Positions 51,101-63,655 of a DNA stretch of 64,000 nucleotides are shown piece by piece. The stretch is from positions 185,504,001 through 185,568,000 of the forward strand of contig OZ024742.1 in NCBI GenBank assembly GCA_964016885.1. The letters are read 5' to 3'. The position numbers and the translations under genes are program-made. The notes below the pieces were generated by a model. That model saw nothing but the letters and a program-made list of their open reading frames with translations, was not told the origin of the DNA and made no database searches. Source of the stretch: Eledone cirrhosa (lineage: Eukaryota). Position 1 is the stretch's first letter; each line of letters begins with the position of its first letter.

Positions 51101-54100
51101 GTGTGTAGATTGTGTGGGGTTTAGACGGTGTGGTGTGTAGACGGTGTGGTGTGTAGGCTGTGTGGTGTGTAGATGGTGTGGTGTGTAGACGGTGTGGTGT
51201 GTAGGATGTGTGTTCTGTAGGCTGTGTGGTGTGTAGATGGTGTGTAGGCTGTGTGATGTGTAGACGGTGTGGTGTGTAGGCTGTGTGGTGTGTAGATGGT
51301 GTGGTGTGTGGGCTGTGTGGGGTGTAGGCTGTGTGGTGTGTAGACGGCGTGGTGTGTAGGCTGTGTGGTGTGTAGATGGTGTGGTGTGTAGACGGTGTGG
51401 TCTGTAGGCTGTGTGGTCTGTAGGCTGTGTGGTGTGTAGATGGTGTGGTGTGTAGGCTGTGTGGTTTGTAGGCTACGTGGTGTGTAGGCTGTGTGGTGTG
51501 TATATGGTGTGGTGTGTAGATGGTGTGGTGTTTGGACGGTGTAGTGTGTAGATGGTGTGGTGTGTAAGCTCTGTGGTGTGTAGATGGTGTGTTGTGTAGA
51601 TGGTGTGGTGTGTAGGCTGTGTGGTGTGTGGATGGCGTGTAGACGGTGTGGTGTGTAGACGGTGTGGTGTGTAGGCTGTGTGGTGTGTAGATGGTGTGGT
51701 GTGTAGACGGTGTGGTGTGTAGGCTGTGTGGTCTGTAGGCTGTGTGGTGTGTAGATGGTGTGGTGTGTAGGTTGTGTGGTTTGTAGGCTACGTGGTGTGT
51801 AGGCTGTGTGGTGTGTAGACGGTGTGGTGTGTAGGATGTGTGGTGTGTAGGATGTGAGGTAGGTAGGCTGTGTGGTGTGTAGCCTGTGTGGTGCGTAGAC
51901 GGTGTGGTGTGTAGGCGGTGTGGTGTGTAGGTTGTGTTGTGTGTAGACGGTGTGGTGTGTAGGTTGTCTGGAGTGTAGACGGTGTGGTGTGTATGCTCTG
52001 TGGTGTGTAGGTTGTGTGGTGTGTAGACCGTGTGGTGTGTAGGCTGTGTGGTGTGTAGGATGTGTGCTGTGTAGACGTTATGGTGTGTAGACGGTGTGGT
52101 GTGTAGGCTGTGTGGTGTTTAGGCGGTGTGTTGTGTAGGCTGTGTGGTGTGTAAGATGTGTGGTGTGTAGACGGTGTGGTGTGTAGACGGTGTGGTGTGT
52201 AGACTGTGTGGTCTGTAGACGGTGTGGTGTGTAGGCTGTGTGGTGTGTAGACTGTGTGGTGTGTAGACGGTGTGGTGTGTAGGCTGCGTGGTGTTTAGAT
52301 GGTGTGGTGTGTAGACGGTGTGGTGTGTAGGCTGTGTGGTGTGTAGGCTGTGTGGTGTGTAGATGGTGTGGTGTGTAGACTGTGTGCTGTGTAGACGGTG
52401 TGGTGTGTAGGATGTGTGTTGTGTAGACGGTGTCGTGTGTAGGCTGTGTGGTGTGTAGGCTGTGTGGTGTGTAGACGGTGTGGTGTGTAGGCTCTGTGGT
52501 GTGTAGGCTGTGTGGTGTGTAGATGGTGTGGTGTGTAGGCTGTGTGGTGTGTAGGCTGTATGGTGTGTAGGCTGTGTGGTGTGTAGACGGTGTGGTGTGT
52601 AGGCTGTGTGGTGTGTAGACGGTGTGGTGTGTAGGCTGTGTGGTGTGTAGATGGTGTGGTGTGTAGGCTGTGTGGTGTGTAGGCTGTGTGGTGTGTAGCT
52701 GGTCTGTAGCTTGTGTGGTGTGTAGACGGTGTGGTGTGTAGGCTGTGTGGTGTGTAGACGGTGTGATGTGTAGGCTGTGTCGTGTGTAGGCGGCTGTGTG
52801 GTGTGTAGATGGTGTGGTGTGTAGGTTGTGTGGTGTGTAGGCTGTATGGTGTGTAGGCTGTGTGGTGTATCGACGGTGCGCTGTGTAGGCTGTGTGGTGT
52901 GTAGATGGTGTGGTGTGTAGGCTGTCTGGTGTGTAGGCTGTGTGTTGCGTAGATGGTGTGGTGTGTAGGCTGTGTGTTGCGTAGATGGTGTGGTGTGTAG
53001 GCTGTGTGGTGTGTAGGCTGTGTGGTGTGTATACGGTTTGGTGTGTAGGCTGTGTGGTGTGTACGTGGTGTGTGTGTAGACGGTGTAGTGTGTAGGCTGT
53101 GTGGTGTGTAGGCTGTGTGGTGAGTAGACGGTGTGGTGTGTAGGCTGTGTTGTGTGTAGGTGGTTTGGTGTGTAGGTGGTGTGTAGGTCGTGTGGTGTGT
53201 AGGTGTGGTGTGTAGGATGTGTGGTCTGTAGGATGTGTGGTAGGTAGGCTGTGTGGTGTGTAGGCTGTGTGGTGTGTAGGCTGTGTGGTGCGTAGACGGT
53301 GTGGTGTGTAGGCGGTGTGGTGTGTAGGCTGTGTTGTGTGTAGACGGTGTGGTGTGTAGGCTGTCTGGTGTGTAGACGGTGTGGTGTGTATTCTCTGTGG
53401 TGTGTAGGCTGTGTGGTGTGTAGACCGTGTGGTGTGTAGGCTGTGTGGTGTGTAGGATGTGTGGTGTGTAGACGGTGTGGTGTGTAGACGGTGTGGTGTG
53501 TAGGCTGTGTGGTGTGTAGGCGGTGTGGTGTGTAGGCTGTGTGGTGTGTAGGATGTGTGGTGTGTAGGCGGTGTGGTGTGTAGACGGTGTGGTGTGTAGG
53601 CTGTGTGGTCTGTAGACGATGTGGTGTGTAGGCTGTGTGGTGTGTAGACGGTGTGGTGTGTAGGCTGTGTGGTGTGTAGACGGTGTGGTGTGTAGGCTGT
53701 GTGGTGTGTAGGCTGTGTGGTGTGTAGACGGTGTGGTGTGTGGGCTGTGTGGTGTGTGGCTGTGTGGTGTGTAGACGGCGTGGTTTGTAGGCTGTGTGGT
53801 GTGTAGATGGTGTGGTGTGTAGACGGTGTGGTGTGTAGGCTGTGTGGTGTGTAGGCTGTGTGGTGTGTAGATGGTGTGGTGTGTAGACTGTGTGGTGTGT
53901 AGACGGTGTGGTGTGTAGGCTGTTTGTTGTGTAGACGGTGTCGTGTGTAGGCTGTGTGGTGTGTAGATGGTGTGGTGTGTAGGCTGTGTGGTGTGTAGGC
54001 TGTGTGGTGTGTAGATGGTGTGGTGTGTAGGCTGTGTGGTGTGTAGGCTGTATGGTGTGTAGGCTGTGTGGTGTGTAGACGGTGTGGTGTGTAGGCTGTG

Positions 54101-57100
54101 TGGTGTATAGACGGTGTGGTGTGTAGGCTGTGTGGTGTGTAGATGGTGTGGTGTGTAGGGTGTGTGGTGTGTAGGCTGTGTGGTGTGTAGATGGTATGTA
54201 GGTTGTGTGGTGTGTAGACGGTGTGGTGTATAGGCTGTGTGGTGTGTAGGCGGTGTGATGTGTAGGCTGTGTGGTGTGTAGGCGGCTGTGTGGTGTGTAG
54301 ATGGTGTGGTGTGTAGGCTGTGTGGTGTGTAGGCTGTATGGTGTGTAGGCTGTGTGGTGTGTAGACGGTGCGCTGTGTAGGCTGTGTGGTGTGTAGATGG
54401 TGTGGTGTGTAGGCTGTGTGGTGTGTAGGCTGTGTGGTGTGTAGATGGTGTGGTGTGTAGGCTGTGTGGTGTGTAGATGGTGTGGTGTGTAGACTGTGTG
54501 GTGTGTAGACGGTGTGGTGTGTAGGCTGTGTGTTGTGTAGACGGTGTCGTGTGTAGGCTGTGTGGTGTGTAGATGGTGTGGTGTGTAGGCTGTGTGGTGT
54601 GTAGGCTGTGGGGTGTTTAGATGGTATGTAGGTTGTGTTGTGTGTAGACGGTGTGGTGTGTAGGCTGTGTGGTGCGTAGATGGTGTGTAGGCTGTGTGGT
54701 GTATAGACGGTGTGGTGTGTAGGCTGTGTGGTGTGTAGATGGTGTGGTGTGTAGGGTGTGTGGTGTGTAGGCTGTGTGGTGTGTAGATGGTATGTAGGTT
54801 GTGTGGTGTGTAGACGGTGTGGTGTATAGGCTGTGTGGTGTGTAGACGGTGTGATGTGTAGGCTGTGTGGTGTGTAGGCGGCTGTGTGGTGTGTAGATGG
54901 TGTGGTGTGTAGGCTGTGTGGTGTGTAGGCTGTATGGTGTGTAGGCTGTGTGGTGTGTAGACGGTGCGCTGTGTAGGCTGTGTGGTGTGTAGATGGTGTG
55001 GTGTGTAGGCTGTGTGGTGTGTAGGCTGTGTTGTGTGTAGATGGTGTGGTGTGTAGGCTGTGTGGTGTGTAGATGGTGTGGTGTGTAGACTGTGTGGTGT
55101 GTAGACGGTGTGGTGTGTAGGCTGTGTGGTGTGTAGACCGTGTGGTGTGTAGGCTGTGTGGTGTGTAGGATGTGTGGTGTGTAGACGGTGTGGTGTGTAG
55201 ACGGTGTGGTGTGTAGGCTATGTGGTGTGTAGGCGGTGTGGTGTGTAGGCTGTGTGGTGTGTAGGATGTGTGGTGTGTAGGCGGTGTGGTGTGTAGACGG
55301 TGTGGTGTGTAGGCTGTGTGGTCTGTAGACGATGTGGTGTGTAGGCTGTGTGGTGTGTAGACGGTGTGGTGTGTAGGCTGTGTGGTGTGTAGACGGTGTG
55401 GTGTGTAGGCTGTGTGGTGTGTAGGCTGTGTGGTGTGTAGACGGTGTGGTGTGTGGGCTGTGTGGTGTGTGGCTGTGTGGTGTGTAGACGGCGTGGTTTG
55501 TAGGCTGTGTGGTGTGTAGATGGTGTGGTGTGTAGACGGTGTGGTGTGTAGGCTGTGTGGTGTGTAGGCTGTGTGGTGTGTAGATGGTGTGGTGTGTAGA
55601 CTGTGTGGTGTGTAGACGGTGTGGTGTGTAGGCTGTTTGTTGTGTAGACGGTGTCGTGTGTAGGCTGTGTGGTGTGTAGATGGTGTGGTGTGTAGGCTGT
55701 GTGGTGTGTAGGCTGTGTGGTGTGTAGATGGTGTGGTGTGTAGGCTGTGTGGTGTGTAGGCTGTATGGTGTGTAGGCTGTGTGGTGTGTAGACGGTGTGG
55801 TGTGTAGGCTGTGTGGTGTATAGACGGTGTGGTGTGTAGGCTGTGTGGTGTGTAGATGGTGTGGTGTGTAGGGTGTGTGGTGTGTAGGCTGTGTGGTGTG
55901 TAGATGGTATGTAGGTTGTGTGGTGTGTAGACGGTGTGGTGTATAGGCTGTGTGGTGTGTAGGCGGTGTGATGTGTAGGCTGTGTGGTGTGTAGGCGGCT
56001 GTGTGGTGTGTAGATGGTGTGGTGTGTAGGCTGTGTGGTGTGTAGGCTGTATGGTGTGTAGGCTGTGTGGTGTGTAGACGGTGCGCTGTGTAGGCTGTGT
56101 GGTGTGTAGATGGTGTGGTGTGTAGGCTGTGTGGTGTGTAGGCTGTGTGGTGTGTAGATGGTGTGGTGTGTAGGCTGTGTGGTGTGTAGATGGTGTGGTG
56201 TGTAGACTGTGTGGTGTGTAGACGGTGTGGTGTGTAGGCTGTGTGTTGTGTAGACGGTGTCGTGTGTAGGCTGTGTGGTGTGTAGATGGTGTGGTGTGTA
56301 GGCTGTGTGGTGTGTAGGCTGTGTGGTGTTTAGATGGTATGTAGGTTGTGTTGTGTGTAGACGGTGTGGTGTGTAGGCTGTGTGGTGCGTAGATGGTGTG
56401 TAGGCTGTGTGGTGTATAGACGGTGTGGTGTGTAGGCTGTGTGGTGTGTAGATGGTGTGGTGTGTAGGGTGTGTGGTGTGTAGGCTGTGTGGTGTGTAGA
56501 TGGTATGTAGGTTGTGTGGTGTGTAGACGGTGTGGTGTATAGGCTGTGTGGTGTGTAGACGGTGTGATGTGTAGGCTGTGTGGTGTGTAGGCGGCTGTGT
56601 GGTGTGTAGATGGTGTGGTGTGTAGGCTGTGTGGTGTGTAGGCTGTATGGTGTGTAGGCTGTGTGGTGTGTAGACGGTGCGCTGTGTAGGCTGTGTGGTG
56701 TGTAGATGGTGTGGTGTGTAGGCTGTGTGGTGTGTAGGCTGTGTTGTGTGTAGATGGTGTGGTGTGTAGGCTGTGTGGTGTGTAGATGGTGTGGTGTGTA
56801 GACTGTGTGGTGTGTAGACGGTGTGGTGTGTAGGCTGTGTGTTGTGTAGACGGTGTCGTGTGTAGGCTGTGTGGTGTGTAGATGGTGTGGTGTGTAGGCT
56901 GTGTGGTGTGTAGGCTGTGTGGTGTTTAGATGGTATGTAGGTTGTGTTGTGTGTAGACGGTGTGGTGTGTAGGCTGTGTGGTGCGTAGATGGTGTGTAGG
57001 CTGTGTGGTGTGTAGACGGTGTTGTGTGTAGGCTGTGTGGTGTGTAGACGGTGTGGTGTGTAGGCTGTGTGGTGTGTAGGCTGTGTGGTGTGTAGATGGT

Positions 57101-57660
57101 GTGGTGTGTAGGCTGTGTGGTGTGTAGGCTGTATGGTGTGTAGGCTGTGTGGTGTGTAGACGGTGTGGTGTGTAGGCTGTGTGGTGTATAGACGGTGTGG
57201 CGTGTAGGCTGTGTGGTGTGTAGATGGTGTGTTGCGTAGATGGTGTGGTGTGTAGGCTGTGTGGTGTGTAGACGGTGTGGTGTGTTGGCTGTGTGGTGTG
57301 TACGTGTTGTGTGTGTAGACGGTGTAGTGTGTAGGCTGTGTGGTGTGTAGGCTGTGTGGTGTGTAGACGGTGTGGTGTGTAGCCTGTGTTGTGTGTAGGT
57401 GGTTTGGTGTGTAGGTGGTGTGTAGGTGGTGTGGTGTGTAGATGGTGTGGCGTGTAGATGTGTGTATGTGTACGTGTATGTATGTTTGTATAGATGTGGT
57501 GTGTAGGTTGTGTGTAGGTGGTGAGTAGACATGCATTGTTTCGTGGTGTGTATAGATGTAGGTGTGTGTGTTTGGTGTGTGACTGTTGTGTGACAGTAGG
57601 TCTGTGTTGTGTGTGTGTTTGTGTATATGGTTATATGTGTGATGTTGTGAGTGGGTGCGG
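39120..57660. repeat. GT-rich satellite, 15-bp units GTGTGGTGTGTAG(GCT/ACG/ATG), with higher-order repeats
   Basis: About 18.5 kb. Homogeneous core ~40000-57400 with degenerate (GGTGT)n edges. Confidence 0.97.
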
Positions 57661-57737
57661 CTGGGAGAATGTGTATATGTAGATGCTGGTGTTTTATTAT
57701 ATATATATATATATACTATGCTACGTGTGTAAAGCGT

Positions 57738-57848
57738 GCGTAAAGAGAGTAAATAGATACTTAAATAAAAGGAAAAAATAAGCAAAATACATTATGTATT
57801 TTGCTTAATGTTCCTTTTATTTAAGTATCTATTTACTCGCTTTACTCT
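57738..57848. repeat. Near-perfect hairpin/inverted repeat at the left end of a probable Penelope-like cassette (57715-59190)
   Basis: GTAAAGAGAGTAAATAGATACTTAAATAAAAGGAA..AAGCAAAATACA / TGTATTTTGCTT..TTCCTTTTATTTAAGTATCTATTTACTCGCTTTAC. Confidence 0.8.
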
Positions 57849-59074
57849 CATTATATACTTATTGTGCTCATTAGCACACGACACTATAATATTACTCTCT
57901 GTATTATTATACCTGTTTATCTTTATTCACTCCCCCTACCCACCTAAGAACCACACTACCTATAACCCGGACTAACTGTGGACTAAATATAGTCTTTTTG
58001 CGCATTTCATCGGGTTTTACCAATTTCAACCTCACATCACGGGTGTGAATATATAATAATCGTTTGGTAACACGCGATGATCCGACAGATGTGACGGCTT
58101 TCCCGGCTGCGCGCCGGGCGCCCGGGTGTATGAGCCTTCCTTGAGTGCTTGGAAAAACAAATTTCCCCTTCTTTCGGTAAACGAAATTACTCGGAACGGC
58201 TGCTTTGCCCCGAGGCCCACCGCGCCGCCGGTTTTGACCGCCAAATAGTACCTTTAAATTTCTAGGCTTCATCATAACTATTAGCTGTATCATGCCTATC
58301 TCTACTGGCACGTAAATAAATCCCCCTCCTGTGTGAATTAATAGTATTCATTTGGTATAGACGATGGCCTGACGGCGATGGTGGACTTCCCACTAATACA
58401 CCCGACGCCTAAAACAGTTACATTCCTGGAGTGCTCGGAAAAATTAATTTCTATTTCTTTCGCTAGACGATATCACTCGGAACGGCTGATACGTGGTTAG
58501 GAAGGGCTGGCCAGGATCTGCAGTCGTCGCTGATTATTGACTGCTAAACAAGGGCTTAATCTTTACTCTATATCCTACCCTGAAAACTTATTGAGAATAT
58601 CTATAATACACTTAAACCTTTTCATAAAAGACTCTTTCTGTAAATTCTTTAACTAAATCTCACAACCCAAACCTTAAACCTTATTTCTCTTATTTTTCTA
58701 ATTTCATCCTATAACTAGAAACATAAGTTTAACATTCCTAATTGCTAACCGAAATTTCTGTCCTCACATTATACCATACAGTCGCCCACTATATATGCCT
58801 TTGTTAAAGATATATGTGCTTTGGAAAAAACATTTTTCGCGGCAATTTTCTAGCACGCACGGTCAGCCTGATTGTGGCATGACCTTTTCTCTTTGACGGA
58901 GAGGTAGTAGTACATTATAAGCTTACGCCTCCTCACCAGATGGTCATAAGTAGACTTAATAATCAACACTCAGGGCGACCGACTGAGGTAGAAGCTGCTA
59001 AATGGTCGGTCGTCCTCTTGTCTCTGGTTTTCAGCCCCATGGATTTTATGTTATATTCCTTTGTTATATTTCGA

Positions 59075-59132
59075 ATACCTGATGATATCACCGGATTCAT
59101 ACTGAACCCGGTGATTGAAATGATCATAGTAT
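59075..59132 (+). ncRNA. Type-I hammerhead ribozyme
   Basis: ATAC-CTGATGA-T-ATCACCGG-ATTCATACTGAAC-CCGGTGAT-T-GAAA-TGATCA-TA|GTAT. Palindromic ATGATCAT stem III. Confidence 0.75.
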
Positions 59133-59361
59133 AATAAACCTTTTAAGGATTTACACCAGTCCAGCCTGTTATTTTATAATATTTTATAATATATATATAT
59201 AGGGCGGGTAAAATTCCCGAGATCCATGGACGAGTCCTCTCCAGCGGTCTCTGTCCCTCATCATCGCTGCCATGTCCTGCGTCTCCAAGAGACCAGTGTG
59301 TTTGTCCTTAGGACATCAACATCTGTCACCTTGGTCTCTCTCTTCCAGTGTGTCCATGCAG

Positions 59362-59394
<33 letters not shown>

Positions 59395-59397
<3 letters not shown>

Positions 59398-60370
59398 AAT
59401 TAGCATATCTACCAACATATATATATATACAGATGCATACCTATGCTAGCAAATATATATGTTTTGTCTTAGTAACTTTGTGGTTCAATGCAAGGGGATA
59501 CAGAACAATTATATGAATGACGTAAAATAAGAAAATTATAAAAATTAACTTACTTACTAAAATTTCACTCCAACTAATTAGTTTCTAAAAGGGAATAAAC
59601 ATGGTTTTCAAATGGAAAGCATGGAGAAGCCGTTTCGTCATCAGGAAGTCTGTTTTCAGCTAAGATACCTGGCGATGCGTGGACACAGGGAACTTATACA
59701 AAAATAATTCAGTGGATGGAAAAAAGCAAGCGTGGACTAAATTCCAAGACATTGAAAAAATCACTGTCTACTTGGTCGGTGGCAAATTCAAAAGAATTAA
59801 TCACGTGACATCGAGGTTAATCAGTGAGGAGTGGGGTGTTAAAAAGACAAAACCTATATATTTGCTAGCATAGCTGTGCATCTGTATATATATATATGTT
59901 GGTAGATATACTAATTCTTTATAATTAACTCCAAATTATTTTGTTGAGCAAAAATTTGCCAGAACTGCTACTATAGTTCATAGTAACGGTTTGGCTACTG
60001 TCTTTTTAACACCCCCACTCCTCACTGATTATGTTTAGATATTATTTTAATTTCTATGTTGTCTATGTTACCGTCATGTTGTTGTCTGGCGTGTTCGTAT
60101 AGTACTGAACCGTTTTTTCTTCCTTTTAGTTCCCCCCAGTGTGGGTCTATCCTTTCACCTATGCTACGAGCTGTATGTATGTTGTTGTCATGTTTCTGCA
60201 AGTACCCTCTGTACATCTTATGCTATAGAATACGTTTCTAGTATTACAGTTTATCCGGTGGTTTACATATAATACATTTCCTATTAGTACAGTGGGTTTT
60301 CTTAAAAGGGTATGTTTTGCTGAACAGGGATTTTATGGTGGTTCCTGGCTTTTCTACCACCTTAATCTTT
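59395..60370 (-). mobile_element. Penelope-like retroelement remnant: frameshifted GIY-YIG endonuclease plus rearranged, inverted pseudo-LTR
   Basis: Minus strand 60370-60020: KIKVVEKPGTTIKSLFSKTYPFKKTHCTNRKCIICK / NCNTRNVFYSIRCTEGTC..TYI / TARSIGERIDPH..SVLYEHARQQH..IEIKII / SEEWG. Inverted repeats 59395-59470/59846-59920 and 59818-59850/59999-60030. Confidence 0.8.
59567..59649 (-). ncRNA. Degenerate type-I hammerhead in the Penelope pseudo-LTR
   Basis: ACTTC-CTGATGA-[imperfect stem II]-GAAAC-TAATTA-GTT|GGAGT. Palindromic ACTAATTAGT stem III. Confidence 0.55.
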
Positions 60371-60547
60371 ATATATATATAGTGCCAATAACATGGTAGA
60401 AATATGTAAGGTAGAGACTACTTTACAACTTTCGAGTTTGCCGTGTTAAATTTTCAAATGCATATTACTAACAACATAATATGAGGTCAACAAATTCGAC
60501 TCTCTACATGTATTGGTACTTCGAACCTAATGAATATTAATATTAAT

Positions 60548-60732
60548 AATTGTTTCTACTTTTGGCACAAGGCCAGCAATTCCCCAGTGCATTACTGGTA
60601 CTTTATTTTATCGACCCCGTAAGGATGAAAGGCAAAGTCAACCTCGGCGGGATTTGAACTCAGAATTGCAAGGGCCGTAACTCTATTCGTCAAAGCATGG
60701 CGTCCGACACTCTACCGATACTGCCAATTCAC
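60548..60732 (-). mobile_element. tRNA-derived SINE (Nin-domain-like family)
   Basis: Same consensus as 32580-32765. Confidence 0.85.
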
Positions 60733-61027
60733 CAATTAATAATAATTTACATATGTTTCTTTTCTCTTTTTTTTTACGCGAAATTCTTACCGCTGCCACT
60801 AAACTGGTGTCTCTTCGCTTCAACGCTTTCCACATTCCTGTCTATCTTATCTAATCAACAAGTATTCTTCTATCTACATAAGGAAAACATAATAATAACA
60901 TTATAAATAATAATGAGGTAACGCTTTTTACCTCAACCTATAATCACAAAACGTTACAATAATTCCATGTACAGTTCCTTAAATGCTTGCTTTACGCCTA
61001 ATATTTCATATGACGTCTATTCATATT

Positions 61028-61400
61028 TTGGCAGTATCGGTAGAGGGTTGGACGCCATGCTTTCTAGCATAGTTACGTCCCTTTACAGTCTGAGTTCAAA
61101 TCCCGCCGAGGTTAACTTTGCCTTTCATCCTTACGGGGTCTATAAAATAAAGTACCAGTAATGTACTGGGTTATTGCTGGCCTTGTGCCTAAAGTAGAAA
61201 CAATTATTTGAATGTGGTGGATTGGCAGTATCGGTAGAGGGTCGGACGCCATGCTTTCCAGCATAGTTACGTCCCTTTACGGTCTGAGTTCGAATTCCGC
61301 TGAGGTTAACTTTGCCTTTCATCCTTACGGGGTCGATAAAATAAAGTACCAGTAATGCACTGGGTAATTGCTGGCCTTGTGCCAAAAGTAGAAACAATTA
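61028..61400 (+). mobile_element. Two tandem copies of the tRNA-derived SINE
   Basis: 61028-61207 and 61214-61400, each with A box, B box and core. Confidence 0.85.
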
Positions 61401-61715
61401 TTTAAATGTGTTAAACTGTATTCCTTCTTATATTTCCTGCAAAAAAAAATGCAGTTATGTCTTATGTCCTATGTTGATAATTGCTAATTAACTATTTCCG
61501 ATTGTTTTCATATCCATGTGCTATTGTCAAATCTGTTGAAACAGACGTAGAAATTAAAGAATGAATTTAAGTGGTTAACATTGGTTTTTCTTCATTTCAT
61601 ATATATATATATGTCTCTGTGTGTGTGTGTGTGTGTGTGTGAATACGCATGCGCAGAAACATGACCGTTTCTGCCCATGCGTATTCATACGGTTGTCTTT
61701 CCTTTTCCGTACAAC

Positions 61716-61775
61716 TTCACTCAGACCGAGCTGAAGATCCGCATAAGGTGAAACATTTGTTCTCGGTTTGGTGAA
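61716..61775 (+). ncRNA. Type-I hammerhead ribozyme motif
   Basis: CAGACCGAG-CTGAAGA-T-CC-GCATAA-GG-T-GAAAC-ATTT-GTT|CTCGGTTTG: 9-bp stem I extendable by TTCAC/GTGAA, weak stem II, GUU triplet. Confidence 0.65.
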
Positions 61776-61857
61776 CTAACTGTTGTGGAACTACTTGTAC
61801 CAAACTTGTCCCATGGGCTGAGTGCTCTACCACTACGGATATAACCCTCCAGCGTTC

Positions 61858-61917
<60 letters not shown>

Positions 61918-62349
61918 GGTGGCCTTTATTTTTCAACTTTCTAAAAGTTTAGCTCCCACCCAATTAACAAAAAAAAACAATCTATGCAAAACTTTAGCTG
62001 AAGCGGACAACTGCAAGGCGACCCTCATCGCGAAGTGTTCGCCTGCAGAGTCATTTTTTCAGATAACATTTTTTTTATCTCTTATAGAATTTTCTCTTAA
62101 ATTAAAAACTTGTTCAGACTTATTCTTGGTATTAGAAGGATAAGTGACAATAAATATAATAGGGAAGGCAACTTGCAAAGCTGGGGACAGCGCGCAGGTA
62201 TAGGGCAAACACCTATTTTTCGCTGTGGGAGCAGCAACATTTTAACTTTCGGAAAATTACCTATTGCGAAGGGCCACCCTAATATACATATATCCGTATG
62301 TGGTTGACAGCTGAGAGAAATGAGTACTCGGTATTGAGTTATATATACA

Positions 62350-62425
<76 letters not shown>

Positions 62426-62479
62426 CGGCGATGAATTAGTTTTGCGAGGTTTTTTTATATGAAATCGTGTGTCGAAACA

Positions 62480-63470
62480 GATATTGTTATACTTGGGGAG
62501 GGTCATATTTGTGTAATATTGCCAGAATTAATAACAGAACACACTCACTGTTTGGTTGGTTTTCGCTTCTCGCTGTCTTTTATATCTGCGATCTAACTTA
62601 CTCGGTCCTCAATGTTGCGATTGACTGACCGGCGGTCAAAAATAATACAGATACAATATAGACACAAACACATATATATTCTCTTTTACCTGTTTCAGCC
62701 ATCCGGCTGAGGCCATGCTGGGGCACATATATATATAATTTACAAAAATCTTTCGTTGCACATCTGCAACATCGTCAGTGGTGTTATATTCATTGTTCCT
62801 CCTGTTGTGTTGTATGTCTACGCCATTTTTTATTCAGTCTGTCTATATATTTATTTATTTATTTGCTTGTTTGTTTATCTTATTTTATTTTGTCTTCTTT
62901 GCGCATGCGTTTGCGTGTGTGTATAGTGTTATGTGTGATGTGTGACTAGTGTGTATAGTGTTGTGTCTGCTGGGTGACTAGTGTGTGTTTATGTGCTTGT
63001 TGTTATTGTGCTTGTGTATGTATTTATTTATCTTATTTTATTTTATTTTATTTTATTTACTTATTTATACTTCTCTTAGGTCAGTGTTGTTTGTTTGGGT
63101 GTTGTTGTTGTTCCACTCATTCTTTCTGTTTAGCTTTGGTCTTCTAATTTCTATTTCACTGGCCTCTCTGATTTGCCTATCTGCTGGGTCATTCCTATGT
63201 TTAGATATTATTATATCTAACTGACGATGTTGCAGATGTGCAACGAAAGATTTTTGTAAATTATATATATATATATATATATGTGTTTGTGTCTATATTG
63301 TATCTGTATTATTTTTGACCGCCGGTCAGTCAATGGCAACATTGAGGACCGAGTAAGTTAGATCGCAGATATAAAAGACAGCGAGAAGCGAAAACCAACC
63401 AAACAGTGAGTGTGTTCTGTTATTAATTCTGGCAATATTACGCAAATATGACCCTCCCCAAGTATAACAA
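62480..63470. repeat. Nested inverted repeats with two truncated HHR cores (62745-62780 minus; 63221-63255 plus)
   Basis: 62482-62670 is inverted relative to 63283-63472, and 62737-62779 relative to 63220-63263. Core CTGACGA-T-GTTGCA-GATG-TGCAAC-GAAAG. Confidence 0.7.
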
Positions 63471-63612
63471 TATATATATATATATATATATATATTGTTA
63501 TACTTTGGGAGGCTGATGTTGCCAATAAGAAACACACGCACCAGTTGCTTTTATTATAAATTTCCAGTTGGTTGGTTGGTTGGTTCCACAACCGGATGGT
63601 TGTTCATATATT

Positions 63613-63655
63613 GTCAAAGTTCTTTCGTCACACATTCCGTGACCTCATCAGTGAC
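63613..63655 (-). ncRNA. Minimal type-I hammerhead ribozyme
   Basis: GTCA-CTGATGA-G-GTCAC-GGAATGT-GTGAC-GAAAG-AA-CTT|TGAC. Confidence 0.65.

Noticed and set aside
39120-57660. Telomeric array
   Set aside because: No TTAGGG units, and the array is flanked by ordinary interstitial sequence on both sides.
55218-57785. 855-aa and 400-aa His/Thr/Pro-rich ORFs (also 39088-39855)
   Set aside because: These are translations of the CA-rich strand of the 15-bp satellite, which is naturally poor in stop codons. There is no domain or splice evidence.
61028-61110. tRNA gene
   Set aside because: A and B boxes are present but continue into the SINE core with no cloverleaf, so this is a SINE head.
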